Origin: Octopus vulgaris
Taxonomy: Eukaryota
Assembly: GCA_951406725.2 (NCBI GenBank)
Contig: OX597815.1
Span: 44,206,001 to 44,270,000, forward strand
Direction of reading: 5' to 3'
Length of the DNA: 64,000 nucleotides
A program made the translations under genes and the position numbers. The notes beneath the pieces were generated by a model that did not search any database, was not told where the DNA came from, and saw nothing but the letters and a program-made list of their open reading frames with translations. Positions 29,035 to 42,014 of this stretch are shown piece after piece. How positions within the stretch are numbered: the stretch's first letter is position 1; the number at the start of each line of letters is the position of its first letter.

Positions 29035-29544
29035 CTAGCAGTATCGCCCGGCGTTGCTCGGGTTTGTAAGGGAAATAACTATATAAGCATTTTTAGAGAG
29101 TTACTTCCCTTATAGATGCCAATTCGGGCTTTCTTAGCCATTTCTGTTTTGGTGTCTTCAAGCCATGAAGTCGTTGTTCTAAAAGAACGCTGGTCTCCTT
29201 GACAACGCATTACGACGTTGATTTCTTTACACTCCCTTCCTCACAGCTTCACGAGGGAGGGAAGGGGGAGAAGCAAACAGGTGCAGCTGTGAGCGTGGAC
29301 GCCAACTCCGCCGCCATCGACACACGAAAAATTATGCATTAAAATGGAATAAAAAATGATGTTAAATTATTTTTTAAATCGTAGACTCATCGTTGACGCG
29401 CGCTAATAGCCAGACGGGCTCGATATGAATCACGACTATAAGATACCCGAATTTGGTTAAACTGCACCGCAAAATGTGGGAGGAGTTAGGAATCTAAATC
29501 GAAGGGGACAGACACTCACACAACTAGAGTTTTATATATATAGA
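29035..29544 (-). mobile_element. Non-autonomous Helitron with a different internal sequence
   Basis: A|CTAGCAGTATCGCCCGGCGTTGCTCGGG at the left end, TTTTATATATATAGA at the right end. Confidence 0.8.
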
Positions 29545-29557
29545 TATATATATATAT

Positions 29558-29770
29558 GGAGAATTCACAAAAAAACAAAAGACGAAGACAGGTGGTGTAG
29601 ACAACAAACAGATATATTAGTTTAACGCTCGGGAAGTGAAAAAGTTTTTAACGTTTCGAGCCTACGCTCTTTCACAGAAAGGAACACAGAAAGAAAGGAG
29701 CACAGTGAGAAAATAAAGAAAGTGTGGTGGCTAGCGATCTTTCATGGCGAATGCCGGACTGAGGGGTCAC
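29558..29770 (-). mobile_element. Penelope pseudo-LTR fragment with a hammerhead-like motif (29646-29681)
   Basis: Minus strand TTT-CTGtGaAA-GAGC-GTAG-GCTC-GAAA-CG-TT-AAA; homologous to 63575-63757. Confidence 0.65.
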
Positions 29771-29997
29771 ACATGAAAGCTAGGAAGAATGGAAGATAAT
29801 AAAGTAGTGGCGATCGCAAAATGAAGGTGCGCGTGCGTGTGTATAAAAGAGCATTTATGTGCGTGTGGAAGAGGGCTGGTGACCTTGACGTGTGCATTAT
29901 GTATTACAGATATATATGTGTGTGTGTGTGTGTGAATGTACCTAAATACGTCTATTTTTTTATATCCTGGCCAAAGTTTATGCTGCATGTATATGTG

Positions 29998-30112
<115 letters not shown>

Positions 30113-30624
30113 TATAGATATATACATGCATATTCTTCAAATCTACACGCACATTTATGTGTGTGAGTGCGTGTGAGAGAGAGTGTGTGCGTGCGTATGT
30201 GTATGCATGTGTATGAGTATGCATGTATATATGGATGTGTCATATGGGTGGTTACTGTAACTAATCAATGTTACCCAGACTTAACGCATTTCGTGATCAA
30301 CATTTAGTACATGTATATTTTAGTATACCATTATTCAGTAGATTTTAAACATCTTATTTAGACGCTCACACGGTTTGACGTCATTTCGAAATAGTAGTTT
30401 GGTCAGCTATACATTTACAAAACAAAACAAGAAAAAAAACGATGTTCGTCTCCTGCAGGTATTGTTACAACTCCTTATCTCTCCTTCATGAGTATTAGAT
30501 ATATAAGCTAATCTATTTGTTGTAGGACTCCGTATTTGTTGTGCATCGCGATTACACGACAACTGCTATTGTACAAAGCCTGATACGATTACTTAACTAT
30601 TTCTAATTTTCTATATTTTCTAAC

Positions 30625-31020
30625 ACAGACACAAGGCCCGAAATTTTGTGGGAGGACGATAGCCGATTACATCGACATCAGTGGTTTACTGCTATTTATT
30701 TTATCGAACCTGATGTGATGAAAAGTAAAGTCGACACCGTTAGAATTTATACAGAGAACGTAAAGCGTCGGATTAAATGCCGCTAAGCATTTTGTCCGAC
30801 GCACTGACGAGTTTGCCAGCTCACCGCCTTTGCTTCAAAGTTTGGTACAAGGCCATCACTTCAGATGGAAATGGTTAAATCGATTGCTTCAACCCTAAAA
30901 CGCGATTCGTACTTATTTCATTGACCATGAAAGAATTAAAAGCAAAGTCGACGTCGTTGAAATTTGAACTCAGAACGTAAAGAACCGGAAGAAATATTGC
31001 TATGCATTTTGTAGAACGTA
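30625..31020 (-). mobile_element. Two diverged SINE family A copies
   Basis: AAAGTCGAC..AATTT..CAGAACGTAAAG motifs occur twice. Confidence 0.65.
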
Positions 31021-31320
31021 CAAACAGCCTTACGATTATTTCACTATATGTATAGGATGTTTTTAAAATTAAACAGCCACTCGGGATCCGTTTTCCTACT
31101 TGCTACCTTATATTTAGCAGAAGATAATTGTGCCAGTTATTTCTCTACACTTCAGTTAAATATTTTTAATATGTTAATATGTTAGCTACCTTAGATGAGC
31201 TAACAGCTACAAAAGAAAGCTGTAGTAACTATGATTATTCAGTATTGTAGTAAGTAATAGAAAAGATACAGCTTTCTTTCTTTGTTTTTTTGTTTTTTTT
31301 TAATATATTTATTACAATAG

Positions 31321-32340
31321 GGCGGCGAACTGGCAGAAACGTTAGCACGCTGGGTGAAATGCCTAGCAGTATTTCGTCTGCCGCTACGTTCTGAGTTCAA
31401 ATTCCGCCGAGGTTGACTTTGCCTTTCATCCTTTCGGGGTCGATTAAATAAGTACCAATTACGCACTGGGGTCGATTTAATAGACTTAATCCGTTTGTCT
31501 GTCCTTGTTCGTCCCCTCTATGTTTAGCCCCTTGTAGGCAATAAAGAATTAAGTATTTCGTCTGCCGCTACGTTCTGAGTTCAAATTCCGCCGAGGTTGA
31601 CTTTGCCTTTCATCCTTTTGGGGTCGATTAAATAAGTACCAGTTATGCATTGGGGTCGATATAATCGGCTTAATCCGTTTGTCTGTCCTTGTTTGTCCTC
31701 TCTATGTTTAGCCCCTTGTAGGCAATAAAGAAGAAAGAAACGTTAGCACACCGGGCGAAATGCGTAGCCGTATTTTGTCTGCCGTTACGTTCTGAGTTCA
31801 AATTTCGCCGAGGTTGACTTTGCCTTTCATCCTTTCGGAGTCGCACTGGGGTCGATATAATCGGCTTAATCCGTTTGTCTGTCCTTGTTTGTCCTCTCTA
31901 TGTTTAGCCCCTTGTAGGCAATAAAGAAGAAAGAAACGTTAGCACACCGGGCGAAATGCGTAGCCGTATTTTGTCTGCCGTTACGTTCTGAGTTCAAATT
32001 TCGCCGAGGTTGACTTTGCCTTTCATCCTTTCGGAGTCGCACTGGGGTCGATTTAATAGACTTAATCCGTTTGTCTGTCCTTGTTTGTCCCCTCTATGCT
32101 TAGCCCCTTGTAGGCAATAAAGAGATAAATATATATATTGCATTAAAGGCGGCGAGCTGGCTGAATCGTTACCGACATTTCGTCTGACTTTACGTTCTGG
32201 GTTCAAATTCCGCTGAGGTTGATATTACCTTTCATCCTTTCGGGATCGATAAAAGAAGTACCAGTTGATCACTTGGATCGATGTAATCGACTTACCCCCT
32301 CCCACGAAATTGGTGGCCTTGTGCCAAAATTTGAAACCCA
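31321..32340 (+). mobile_element. SINE family A tetrameric array plus an adjacent monomer
   Basis: Four core-plus-tail units of ~183-195 bp (31321-32125), then a monomer at 32148-32340. Confidence 0.9.
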
Positions 32341-32737
32341 TATATTATTCATTGAATTTCTATAGTACAGTCAGCAACGTATTTACATGGATCAAGCACA
32401 GTACTAAATAGTATAGTGCATTAGAAATGTGAAATTACAAAGAAAAAATGCATTATTCATATATATATATATATATATATATAATTAATAAATTCTTTAT
32501 TCATATATACTTTTCAAACACCTTTGATTTATAGCAAATTCTTCTCATATCTTGTGTAATTCTTTTTGTCAATCGAAAATGATCGATATTTATGTATTTA
32601 TTTTGTTATGCGAGCCAGTGAAAACAACTGTTCTACAGTCATTGTGTGCATCATAGTCGAATTCTGTTTAACGTGTAAAAATTTCAATAGCTTGCACAGG
32701 ATTTGCAGTCATGGAGAGATAAAGTTTCTGACAGAAA

Positions 32738-32967
32738 AGAAACCCAGTTTAAGCAATTACTCTAAAATGACATTGCTAGACTTGGTCTTTTTTAAAGTTG
32801 CTGTCATACATGACGTAAGGTAGTGAGCTGACGAAATCGCTTGCACACCAGAAACCCAGTTTAAGCAATTACTCTAAAATGACATTGCTAGACTTGGTCT
32901 GTTTTAAAGTTTCTGTCATACATGACCCAAGGTAGTGAGCTGACGAAATCGCTTGCACACCAGAAAC
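32738..32967. repeat. Recent ~112-bp tandem duplication overlapping a SINE A head
   Basis: AGAAACCCAGTTTAAGCAATTACTC...GCTTGCACACCAGAAAC occurs twice. Confidence 0.85.
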
Positions 32968-33479
32968 AATACTTAGCAGCATTTCTTCCGGCTTTACATT
33001 CTGAGTTCAAATCCCATCGAGGTCGACTTTGCCTTTGGAGTCGATAAAATACTTGAGCCTATGTAATCGATTAACATCTATCCCCTCCATTTCCTAAAAT
33101 TTCAGGCCTTGTGCCTATAATAGAAAGATATAGAGTAATGCCTCCATACACGAGTTAATTTGTTGCCGGAGACCGCTCGTAAAACGAAAATTCGTGAAGC
33201 AGAGCAATGATTTCCCGTAGTAGCAATGTTATAAATCGTAATTGGTTCACAGAAAAATATTTTACCTATAAAATTTATAATACTTGTATATAAATGGCAA
33301 TAAAACAACAGTAGAACGTAAGGAATATTTTATGTAAAGTAAAAAGAATGACAATATCGTTTGTAATAAAAATGTCATTATAATCGTTTTCTGAATCACT
33401 TTCACTCGCACTAGATTCGCGAACACCATCACTTGTAGAGTCAATCGCCAATTCACCAGCACTTGCAGACGGAATTGTA

Positions 33480-34330
33480 GATTTCTTTTTAAAAAAACAA
33501 GTTTAGAGTTGTTTGCTTAGCAGAAGCTTTTTTTCTCTCTATATAAATTTCTCGGTAAGCATTTGTTTTTGTTGTAGAAACTTTTGCACTTCATTCAAAA
33601 TTTGGATCATGTGCTTGAAACATAAAACTCGTAAAGCGGGTCCTTGTAAAGTGAGATTTTACTGTACCTGGGCTCATTTACTTTGGTTTTTTTAATCAAA
33701 TATACAAAGCGTCTCAATGTTGCATAAAGAATGTATGAACCAAAACAACATCAAACTTCTTCACGTCGAGAAATTCAAAATCTATAAATCCTTTTATGTG
33801 AGCAAATCACTCCTTGAACGATAGCAATTTCGAAATACGTCGCTTTATAACTCATTTGCTTTCCCTTAGGTCTTTTTCTAGGAGAAAGGTCTAAGGTATC
33901 GATTGGTTCTATGTCTACCATTGTTTCTGAGATAACGTTTTCATAACATTCATTGCTATAATGGTTTTAAACTGCTGTTTAAAATCAGCATAATTCAAGT
34001 TGAGCTACTTAGGCAGAGGAATGTCAAATACATTCTCAGTGTGTGATTGCATGGTGTTAAAATATTTTATGAAAAATATGAAAGTGAAGTCATTTAATTT
34101 TCTCAATAGACTGACAGTTTTACTTGGTGTATCTTCAACCCGTGTCTCATTATTGTTTAAAGTAATTTGAAATGCACTTTTACAAGTCTTCATTTATGAC
34201 TGACACACTTCTGGGTCGATAGGATCACTCTCTGTTGCGCAGTGATAGTATGCGGATATTATAACTTCAGAAACAATTTCCCCTTTCGTATACGAAGATT
34301 TAGAGCTAAAGCTAAATAGATACGAAAATA
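33480..34330 (-). mobile_element. Possible ancient hAT-like transposase remnant
   Basis: SLLRKLNDFTFIFFIKYFNTMQSHTENVFDI resembles the Tip100/ZMYM1-type hAT insertion domain; otherwise decayed. Confidence 0.3.
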
Positions 34331-34414
34331 AAATTTAGTTACATTAACTTGCCCAGTGACACTTAACAAGGTACGTGTTCGGACTCTGGGTAGGAGTGTC
34401 TGTTTGAAAATTAT

Positions 34415-34950
34415 TATTTCTTTTTATTTCTTTATTGCCCACAAGGGGCTAAACATAGAGGGGACAAACAAGGACAGACAACGGGTCTAAGTCGATTACA
34501 TCGACCCCAGTGCGCAACGGCAGACAAAATACCTTTTTCTTTACTACCCACAAGGGGCTAAACACAGAGGAGACAAACAAGGACAGATAAACGGATTAAG
34601 TCGATTATATCGACTCCAGTGCGTAACTGGTACTTCATTTATCGACCCCGAAAGGATGAAAGACAAAGTCGACCTTGGCGGAATTTGAACTCAGAATGTA
34701 ACGGCAGACGAAATACCTATTTCTTTACTACCCACAAGGGGCTAAACACAGAGGAGACAAATAAGGACAGACAGATGGATTAAATCGATTATATCGACCC
34801 CAGTGCGTAACTGGTACTTATTTAATCGACCCCGAAAGAATGAAAGGCAAAGTCGACCTCGGCGGAATTTGAACTCAGAACGTAACGGCAAACGAAATAC
34901 GGCTACGCATTTCGCCCGGCGTGCTAACGTTTCTGCCAGCCCGCCGCCTT
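34415..34950 (-). mobile_element. SINE family A trimer flanked by one 13-bp TSD
   Basis: TCTGTTTGAAAAT at 34399-34411 and 34952-34964. Confidence 0.9.
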
Positions 34951-36879
34951 ATCTGTTTGAAAATAATATTGCAATCTCCACCCAATGCCGTCACAAACAC
35001 CAATTAGATTGTAACTTATTCTGGTGGTTTGGAACGGGATCACAAAGAATGTGTGTCCAGGAGAGTCCAGGAGGGAAGCTCCGTTTGTTAGGAAAGTGTA
35101 ATGAAGATCGCTTCTGATAGGACCCTACAGAGGAGATGCCTGAGAACTCTAGCCCTGCAATCCCCCCAGGAATATTGAGTGGAGAATGTGGGTGGATAAC
35201 TTCGTCGGTACTTCAACACAAAAGTATATTACGTCCATTAACAATGTATGAAATTGTTTTACTCCGTCAATTTTCTATTTCTCCTATTTTGCTCATCTTC
35301 CATCACGTCTATTAGCAACGAATAAAATCATTTTACTACTTGATTTTTTTTTTTGTTCCTGTTTGTTCATCTTTCCATCATAGCTGTTCCATTATATGTT
35401 TTGCCAACCAATTTAGTTTTTACTACTTTAAAAAAGCTTCAGACATCTTCAAAGTACATCACCCAGCATCAATGTTCTTCTGTCATGACTTACAACCTAA
35501 AATCCCAAAACTCTTATCTATTTTACTGTCACTTACATACGGTTTCATTTATTTTTCGATCTAGAATGCATTCTCAGAGAACTGGGCATACTTTCCACAG
35601 TCGGTAGTTTCCTCTGTTTGCACTGAGATAAATAGATTACTTTCAACTTCAGTTCGAATTACATCTGCCCATTATACTGTCAATTGCAGATATATAGTTG
35701 TTGCTTTTTTTTTATTACCTTTAAACTTGAAAAACCTGAAAATGTTTTCAACTTCAATTGACTGGATGTTTTATGCAAAAATAAATTATTAAAAAAAAAT
35801 TTAGGATAATTCTTTTTTTTCTTACCTTCACTTGTTACAGACACTAAGTCACACGCACCAAATGTTTTTAAAAACATTATTATTTAAATGGCTCGTAGAT
35901 TTAGAATCCGTGTTTCCAGTCTCTCAGACTGCATTTATATTTAATATAACTACCGTCGATTTCACAAGTGACATTATCTGGGCTGAGAAAACGAGCATGT
36001 TGTTATGTTTTGTTTTGTGTTGATTTGTTTTTCCCTTCTACCAGTGTACGTATAAAATTAACGTGTCTTATTTGAAACGTACGCGTGTCTACTTTAATTT
36101 TCAGTTAAAGAGTAACTACATATATTAACTTCTCGCTTTTTCACCACTAATATTCCTCTAAGTGATTTTTTAAAATTCTATCACTATATACTTCTCCATT
36201 GAGGGTAAATTTATATTAATTTTATCAACAGGTTAGGTGTCTTTCACAACAAAGCGATATATTTCAGCTATAAATAAACAGTGTTTATTTTTTTTAATTC
36301 TTTTTTATGTCTTTCATCTTTTACCGCCACTAATCGTTTTGTATTAGCGGAGACAGATCAAAGATAGGCATGACAGCTATAAACTTTATACTTTAAATAA
36401 AAACTCAAGTTTTCACTGGCGATCACATTTAACAAAGCCTTTTTTCTTTTCTTTTCTATCTATTCACAGAACTGAATTTTACCAGACCAGCATACAAATT
36501 ACAAAGTGTATTTAACAATTTAAGTTTTAAAGTTGTAATTGAACATTTTAAGTCTTAAAGTTGTAATAAAGTTATATACTTTGAAAATCATTCTAAATTT
36601 CTGCAGAATTTATTTTAGCCAGAATTTCCTGGAGTAATGAAAGCTTGTTTTTGTAGGTAATTTACCAACCAAAATACTCTTCAGCTCATTAACTGTTGTC
36701 CATGTGTTCCAACATGGCTACAGCTTACGGGCTGAAATAAGTGGGGGGAAAAAAAAGACAAAAGATAGCATTTTTATAAACAAATTTTTTAGAGATCACG
36801 TTTAAATTTACTGATACGAAATAGAGTTATAATCCTTGAATAACAGTGATTTAAAACCAATCGGCATTTTATTGTCGAC

Positions 36880-37822
36880 CGCCAAAATCAACTTTGCCTT
36901 TCATCATTTCGGGGTCGTTAATAAGTATCAGTTACTCACAGGAGTCGATGTAATCGACTTAATTCCTTCCCCAAAATTTCAGGTTTTGTGCCTACAGTAG
37001 AAATAATAATAATTATTGTTATTAAGGCAGCGCTGGCAGAATCGTTAGCACACTGGACGTAATGCTTAGCGGTATTTCGCCTGTCGCTACGTTCTGAGAT
37101 CAAATTCCGCCGAGGTCGACTTTGCCTTTCATCGTTTCGGGGTCGATAAATTAAGTATCAGTTGAGTACTGACGTCGATGTAATCGACTTAACCCTCCCG
37201 CAAACTTTCAGGCCTTGTGCCTATTGTAGAAAGCATTATCATCATTAAAGCGACGAGCTGGCAAAATCGTGGACGAAATACTTAGCGGTATTTCGTCTGC
37301 CGCTACGTTCTGAGTTCAAATTCCGCCGAGGTCGACTTTGCCTTTCATCATTTCGGGGTCGATTAAATAAGTACCAGTTACGCACTGGAGTCGATATAAT
37401 CGACTTAATCCGTCTGTCTGTCCTTGTTTGTCTCCTCTGTGTTTAGCCCCTTGTGGGTAGTCAAGAAATGGGTATATCGTCAGCTGTTACGTTCTGAGAT
37501 CAAATTCTGCCGATGTCGAATTTGCCTTTCATCCTTTCGGGGTCGATTAAATAAGTACCAGTTATGCACTTGGGTCGATATAATCGCGTTAATCCGTTTA
37601 TCTGTCCTTGTTTTTCCTCTCTGTGTTTATCCCCTGGTGGGCAGTAAAGAAATAAGTATTTCGCCCGCCTGTTGCTACGTATTGAGTTCAAATTCCCCCG
37701 GGGTCGACTTTGTTTTTCATCCTTTCAGGGTCGATGAAATAAGTACCAGTGAAACACTGGAGTCGATGTGATAGATTAGTCCCCTCCCCCAAATTTCAGG
37801 CCTTGTGCTTATGGTAGACAGG
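36880..37822 (+). mobile_element. Cluster of SINE family A copies including a trimer (37249-37822)
   Basis: Five copies of the core CTTTGCCTTTCATC..GGGGTCG. Confidence 0.85.
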
Positions 37823-37860
37823 ATTATTATTATTATTATTATTATTATAATTATTATATT

Positions 37861-38414
37861 GAGTGAGAGAGCAGTGTATGCCATTAAAGTGATACTGGGG
37901 TAAAATATACGAAGCCTAGTACACCCATCATGATTACCCGTCTGATAAGGGTATACTAGGCACATGCATCACAACCATATGTGCGTAACATGATGATCTC
38001 ATATCAAGATAAACAGCACATGACCTTGCAGGTGGGGCCCAGTTAGAATTTTCTTCAGGTTGAGTAGCCAATCCTGCTTAAAAGGTCCTTGAATAAGGGT
38101 TGTTTAAGGCTGTTGAACAAGACACCCATGTTTTCAGAGGTGAATTATCCAAATCCCAGAGAATTCCTCTCAACACATGGCTATATTGCTCCCCCACTAC
38201 TTCTGCTCGTGATCAGAGATGCACATATCGTCAGCCACTAAGGGACGTGCTTAATTGGTTACGGTCAAACAACTGACAAGCAAATCTATGGTAGTGAGCA
38301 GAATATTTGCTGTAGTCCATCTTTTATACCAAGCCAAAGCAATGTACATGATAACACTTCAATCAGTTGAGATCAGAAGCTAAGAGAGCCACTGTCTGGT
38401 TCTGCATCAAGGCC

Positions 38415-38415
<1 letters not shown>
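37861..38415 (-). mobile_element. ~555-bp interspersed non-coding element flanked on both sides by (ATT)n
   Basis: Compositionally distinct block bounded by TAT repeats at ~37822-37860 and 38416-38460; recognised from memory as an octopus repeat, family uncertain. Confidence 0.5.
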
Positions 38416-38459
<44 letters not shown>

Positions 38460-38859
38460 TACCTAGTACATGCTTAATTAGTAGGGATTTTATCTTAATG
38501 ATCGTTACAAGGCTCCTCAAATTTCAAGAATTTTGGGGGGGTTCTTGCAGAACATAGGATGGTACTTTTCTACAGGTCGACAATACGAGTTTCGAGTCCA
38601 ACCTCTTTCAGCATTTTGGTGTTATGCCAAGTGCACCAATTAGCAAATCCTTTCTATGATAGATACAGGGCCTGAATTTTTGGGGGAGGAGGCTGGTCGA
38701 TTACATCGACTCCAGTACTCATCTACGACTTAGTTCATCGACCCCCGAAAGGATGAAAGGCTAAGTCTACCTTAGCAGAATTTGAACTCAGAATATGAAG
38801 ATGGACGAAACGCTGCCAAGCATTTTTTCCGGAATGTTGCTTCAAGTGTGACATTAGCA

Positions 38860-39590
38860 CAGGAGAAATTGTCTTACTTTTCCACAGTATCCTCAGCTCT
38901 CTGGCTAGACCCAAGTATTTGTCATTCTTTTCAATTTCTTTGATATCAACGCTGCGCTACTGTCATAAGGAATTGAAAAACCAGTGATCCATACATTATT
39001 ATTTTTGTGGGTTTTTTTTTGGTTTTTTGTCTTTTGCCTTCTATAATCATATCTGTTCTTGCTTCAACAGTATGGTCTGTCTTTGTGGGGAAGTCCTATA
39101 AGATCCTGATATTCTCATTTTCTATCGCAGCCTGTGGTTCGTATTCAAACCTTTTTTTCTATCAGTTTGAAGCCATACATTCGGCTGACAACAAAATGCA
39201 CTCTTTAGCCTACACTGTCATGCCTGCACTTATATTTTATTTGTGCCGGCATACTGAACATTCTACATTTGCTGTCTGACTGAGTTTTTTATATCCTTAG
39301 CCTTTATGAGATTTGTTCTGATGGCTTGTTTCTGAGCGGCTATAATTAGCGATTTGGTCTCTCGTTTCAACTTTTTGTCCGTCACCCAAAACCAGCGTTC
39401 TTTACTTTTAGTATTCTCTGTTTGTTGCACGAATTGGCCATGTAATTCTATTTCTGTTCATTTTCTGTTTTTGCTGTTCTTCCTTTTCTCTTTGAATTCT
39501 CCATTTCAGCACAACGTAATGTTTCAAACCCAGTTTCGCAATATTAACAGTGTCGTCTACGTTTAGTAATTCTTCCCTTACCACCAACCT
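38860..39590 (-). mobile_element. Decayed R4/Dong-like non-LTR retrotransposon C-terminus (RLE domain)
   Basis: Minus strand ETKSLIIAAQKQAIRTNLIKAK, DSKCR and NIRIL*DFPTKTDHTVEARTDMII are typical of the R4/Dong zinc-knuckle/RLE region. Confidence 0.6.
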
Positions 39591-39620
39591 TTCTTACTAT
39601 CATTGGGTTAAAAGTCGAAA

Positions 39621-40005
39621 TCTATATATATAAAACTGAAGTTGTCTGTGTGTGGCAGGTCTGGTAGGCTTCAACTAACACTATCTCTTCCGAGACCCTG
39701 CGGCGCAAGTTGACCAAAATTGAAAGTATGATAGAAGGAGGCTTGCTCTTCATTCTGTGGCAGAAAAAATTCAGATCGGACCATGCCAAGATCAAACATT
39801 ATTTACATAAAAAAGGTGCTTTTTTCTATGAAAATCCCTATTTTTTACAATTTGTTGACTGCTGCATCGCCATTTTTCGGTGTATTTCAACCAGAAGAAT
39901 GTTTACTTAAAGAGTATAACAAGCTACATAATGCAAAATTTTTACTTTTCAAAAATTCCAATTCTAAAGGGTCGAAAAGAAAACAAACCCAAGCAATACT
40001 GCTAG
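39621..40005 (+). mobile_element. Non-autonomous Helitron (3' hairpin partly deleted)
   Basis: A|TCTATATATATAAAACTG ... ATACTGCTAG|T; homologous to 46925-47318 and 60411-60790. Confidence 0.8.
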
Positions 40006-40481
40006 TATATGAAATAGCATTTTTTTTTCTTTGCTGTTGATAAAGCCAAATGTTGATAAAGCCAAATGCGATACGCCATATGGCACGGGCATATGGCGTA
40101 GTGGTTAAGAGCGCGGGCTACTAACCTGAAGATTCTGAAATTGAGATTTGTTTGGCTTTAAGGGGATATTTTCTTTCGATCAGTATTTGTTTTGTTTTTT
40201 TTTGTTTTGTTTTTTCATTTAGCATAGTCTTCGGTCTTTTGTTTCAGTGTCTGACGCAATTGTGCAGATTCGTTTTGTTAGGTTGAACGGAATGTTGCTT
40301 CAAGTGTGCTTCGTGTGACATAATGTAAAAAGGAGGTATTGTTGTAAGTCGGCGGGTTTAAAGCCTATGTCCGTTTCTAGTATTGTATTTCATTTTTGTT
40401 CAGGAGGAAGGTTTATAACGACTGAAGTCCACAACGAATTGAATGTGCGTGTATGTATGTATGTATGTATGTATGTATGTA

Positions 40482-40519
<38 letters not shown>

Positions 40520-40664
40520 ACCTGTATATAACCTGTATATAACTTGGTAACGGTTCTTTGAATTTTCCATGTTAACGGTAAACATAGGATAATTCATTCA
40601 CCCATTGAAATATATATATATATATATATCTTTATGTATATATGTATGTATATATATATATATA

Positions 40665-41077
40665 CTCTTTTACTCTTTACTCTTTTACTTGTTTCAGTCA
40701 TTTGACTGCGGCCATGCTGGAGCACCGCCTTTAGTCGAGCAAATCGACCCCGGGACTTATTCTTTGTAAGCCCAGTACTTATTCTATCGGTCTCTTTTGC
40801 CGAACCGCTAGGTAACGGGGACGTAAACACACCAGCATCGGTTGTCAAGCAATGCTAGGGGGGCAAACACAGACACACAAATACACACATACATATACAT
40901 ACATATACATATATACGACAGGCTTCTTTCAGTTTCCGTCTACCAAATCCGCTCACAAGGCTTTGGTCGGCCCGAGGCTATAGTAGAAGACACCTGCCCA
41001 AGGTGTCACGCAGTGGAACTGAACCCGGAACCATGCGGTTGGTAAACAAGCTACTTACCACACAGCCACTCCTGCGC
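40665..41077 (-). mobile_element. SINE family B, full length, young
   Basis: Complete head (..CCACACAGCCACTCCTGCGC), CORE-like CCTTGGGCAGGTGTCTTC, and (CTCTTTTA)n tail. Confidence 0.9.
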
Positions 41078-41079
41078 TA

Positions 41080-41159
<80 letters not shown>

Positions 41160-41403
41160 TCACAATAAGGGTGAAAAAAATTGAATATTAATTAATAACA
41201 TAAATTTAAAACACCAAGTGGCCTAGCGTAAAAAAACTGTGATACAGTAAAAATTATTAATACAAGTGACATGTGGTCACTCTAACGCTAGAAATAGATC
41301 TGCAAAAGGAATCAACCACTAAAGAATTGTTCTCAAGCATTAATTCAACACGCCAAGAATGTAAGCGGGCAGGATAAGTGAAAAATAACGAAAAAATAGA
41401 TTA

Positions 41404-41479
41404 ACTCTATACAATTGTTTCATCGTTAATAGATTGTGTAATTTTACTTACATAATCATTTTCGAATCCTCAGTAGAGT
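41404..41479 (-). ncRNA. Type I hammerhead ribozyme (inverted copy)
   Basis: Reverse complement of 42015-42090. Confidence 0.75.
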
Positions 41480-42014
41480 ATATCAAAAATATAATTTGCT
41501 GAACCGAACGCCAAAATCCATACGAAGCCAAGCAAAGGCGAACGGCACAGCCGATTATATTTGCAGTTACGTTCAAATATCCTCATTTATGGCGCGTTGA
41601 AAATACCGTATGTAAATAATTGTTGAATTAATGTTTGAGAACAATTCTTTAGTGGTTGATTCCATTTGCGGATCTATTTCTAGCGTTAGAGTGACCACAT
41701 GTGGTCTCTCTCTTTTTACTTGTATTAATAATTTTTACTGTATCACAGTTTTTTTACGCTAGGCCACTTGGTGTTTTAAATTGATGTTATTAATTAATAT
41801 TAAATTTTTTTCACCCTTATTGTGATTTTAGTTATAAATTAATGTTTTCAAACCGGCAGTAAATTACTGGGATAGTATTTACATCAGGTATTTTCAACGC
41901 GCCATAAATGAGGATATTTGAACGTAACTGCAAATATAATCGGCTGTGCCGTTCGCCTTTGCTTGGCTTCGTATGGATTTTGGCGTTCGGTTCAGCAAAT
42001 TATATTTTTGATAT

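Noticed and set aside
31321-32125. Regularly spaced repeats resembling a CRISPR array
   Set aside because: The units are whole ~185-bp SINE segments with no unique spacers and no cas genes, in a eukaryotic context
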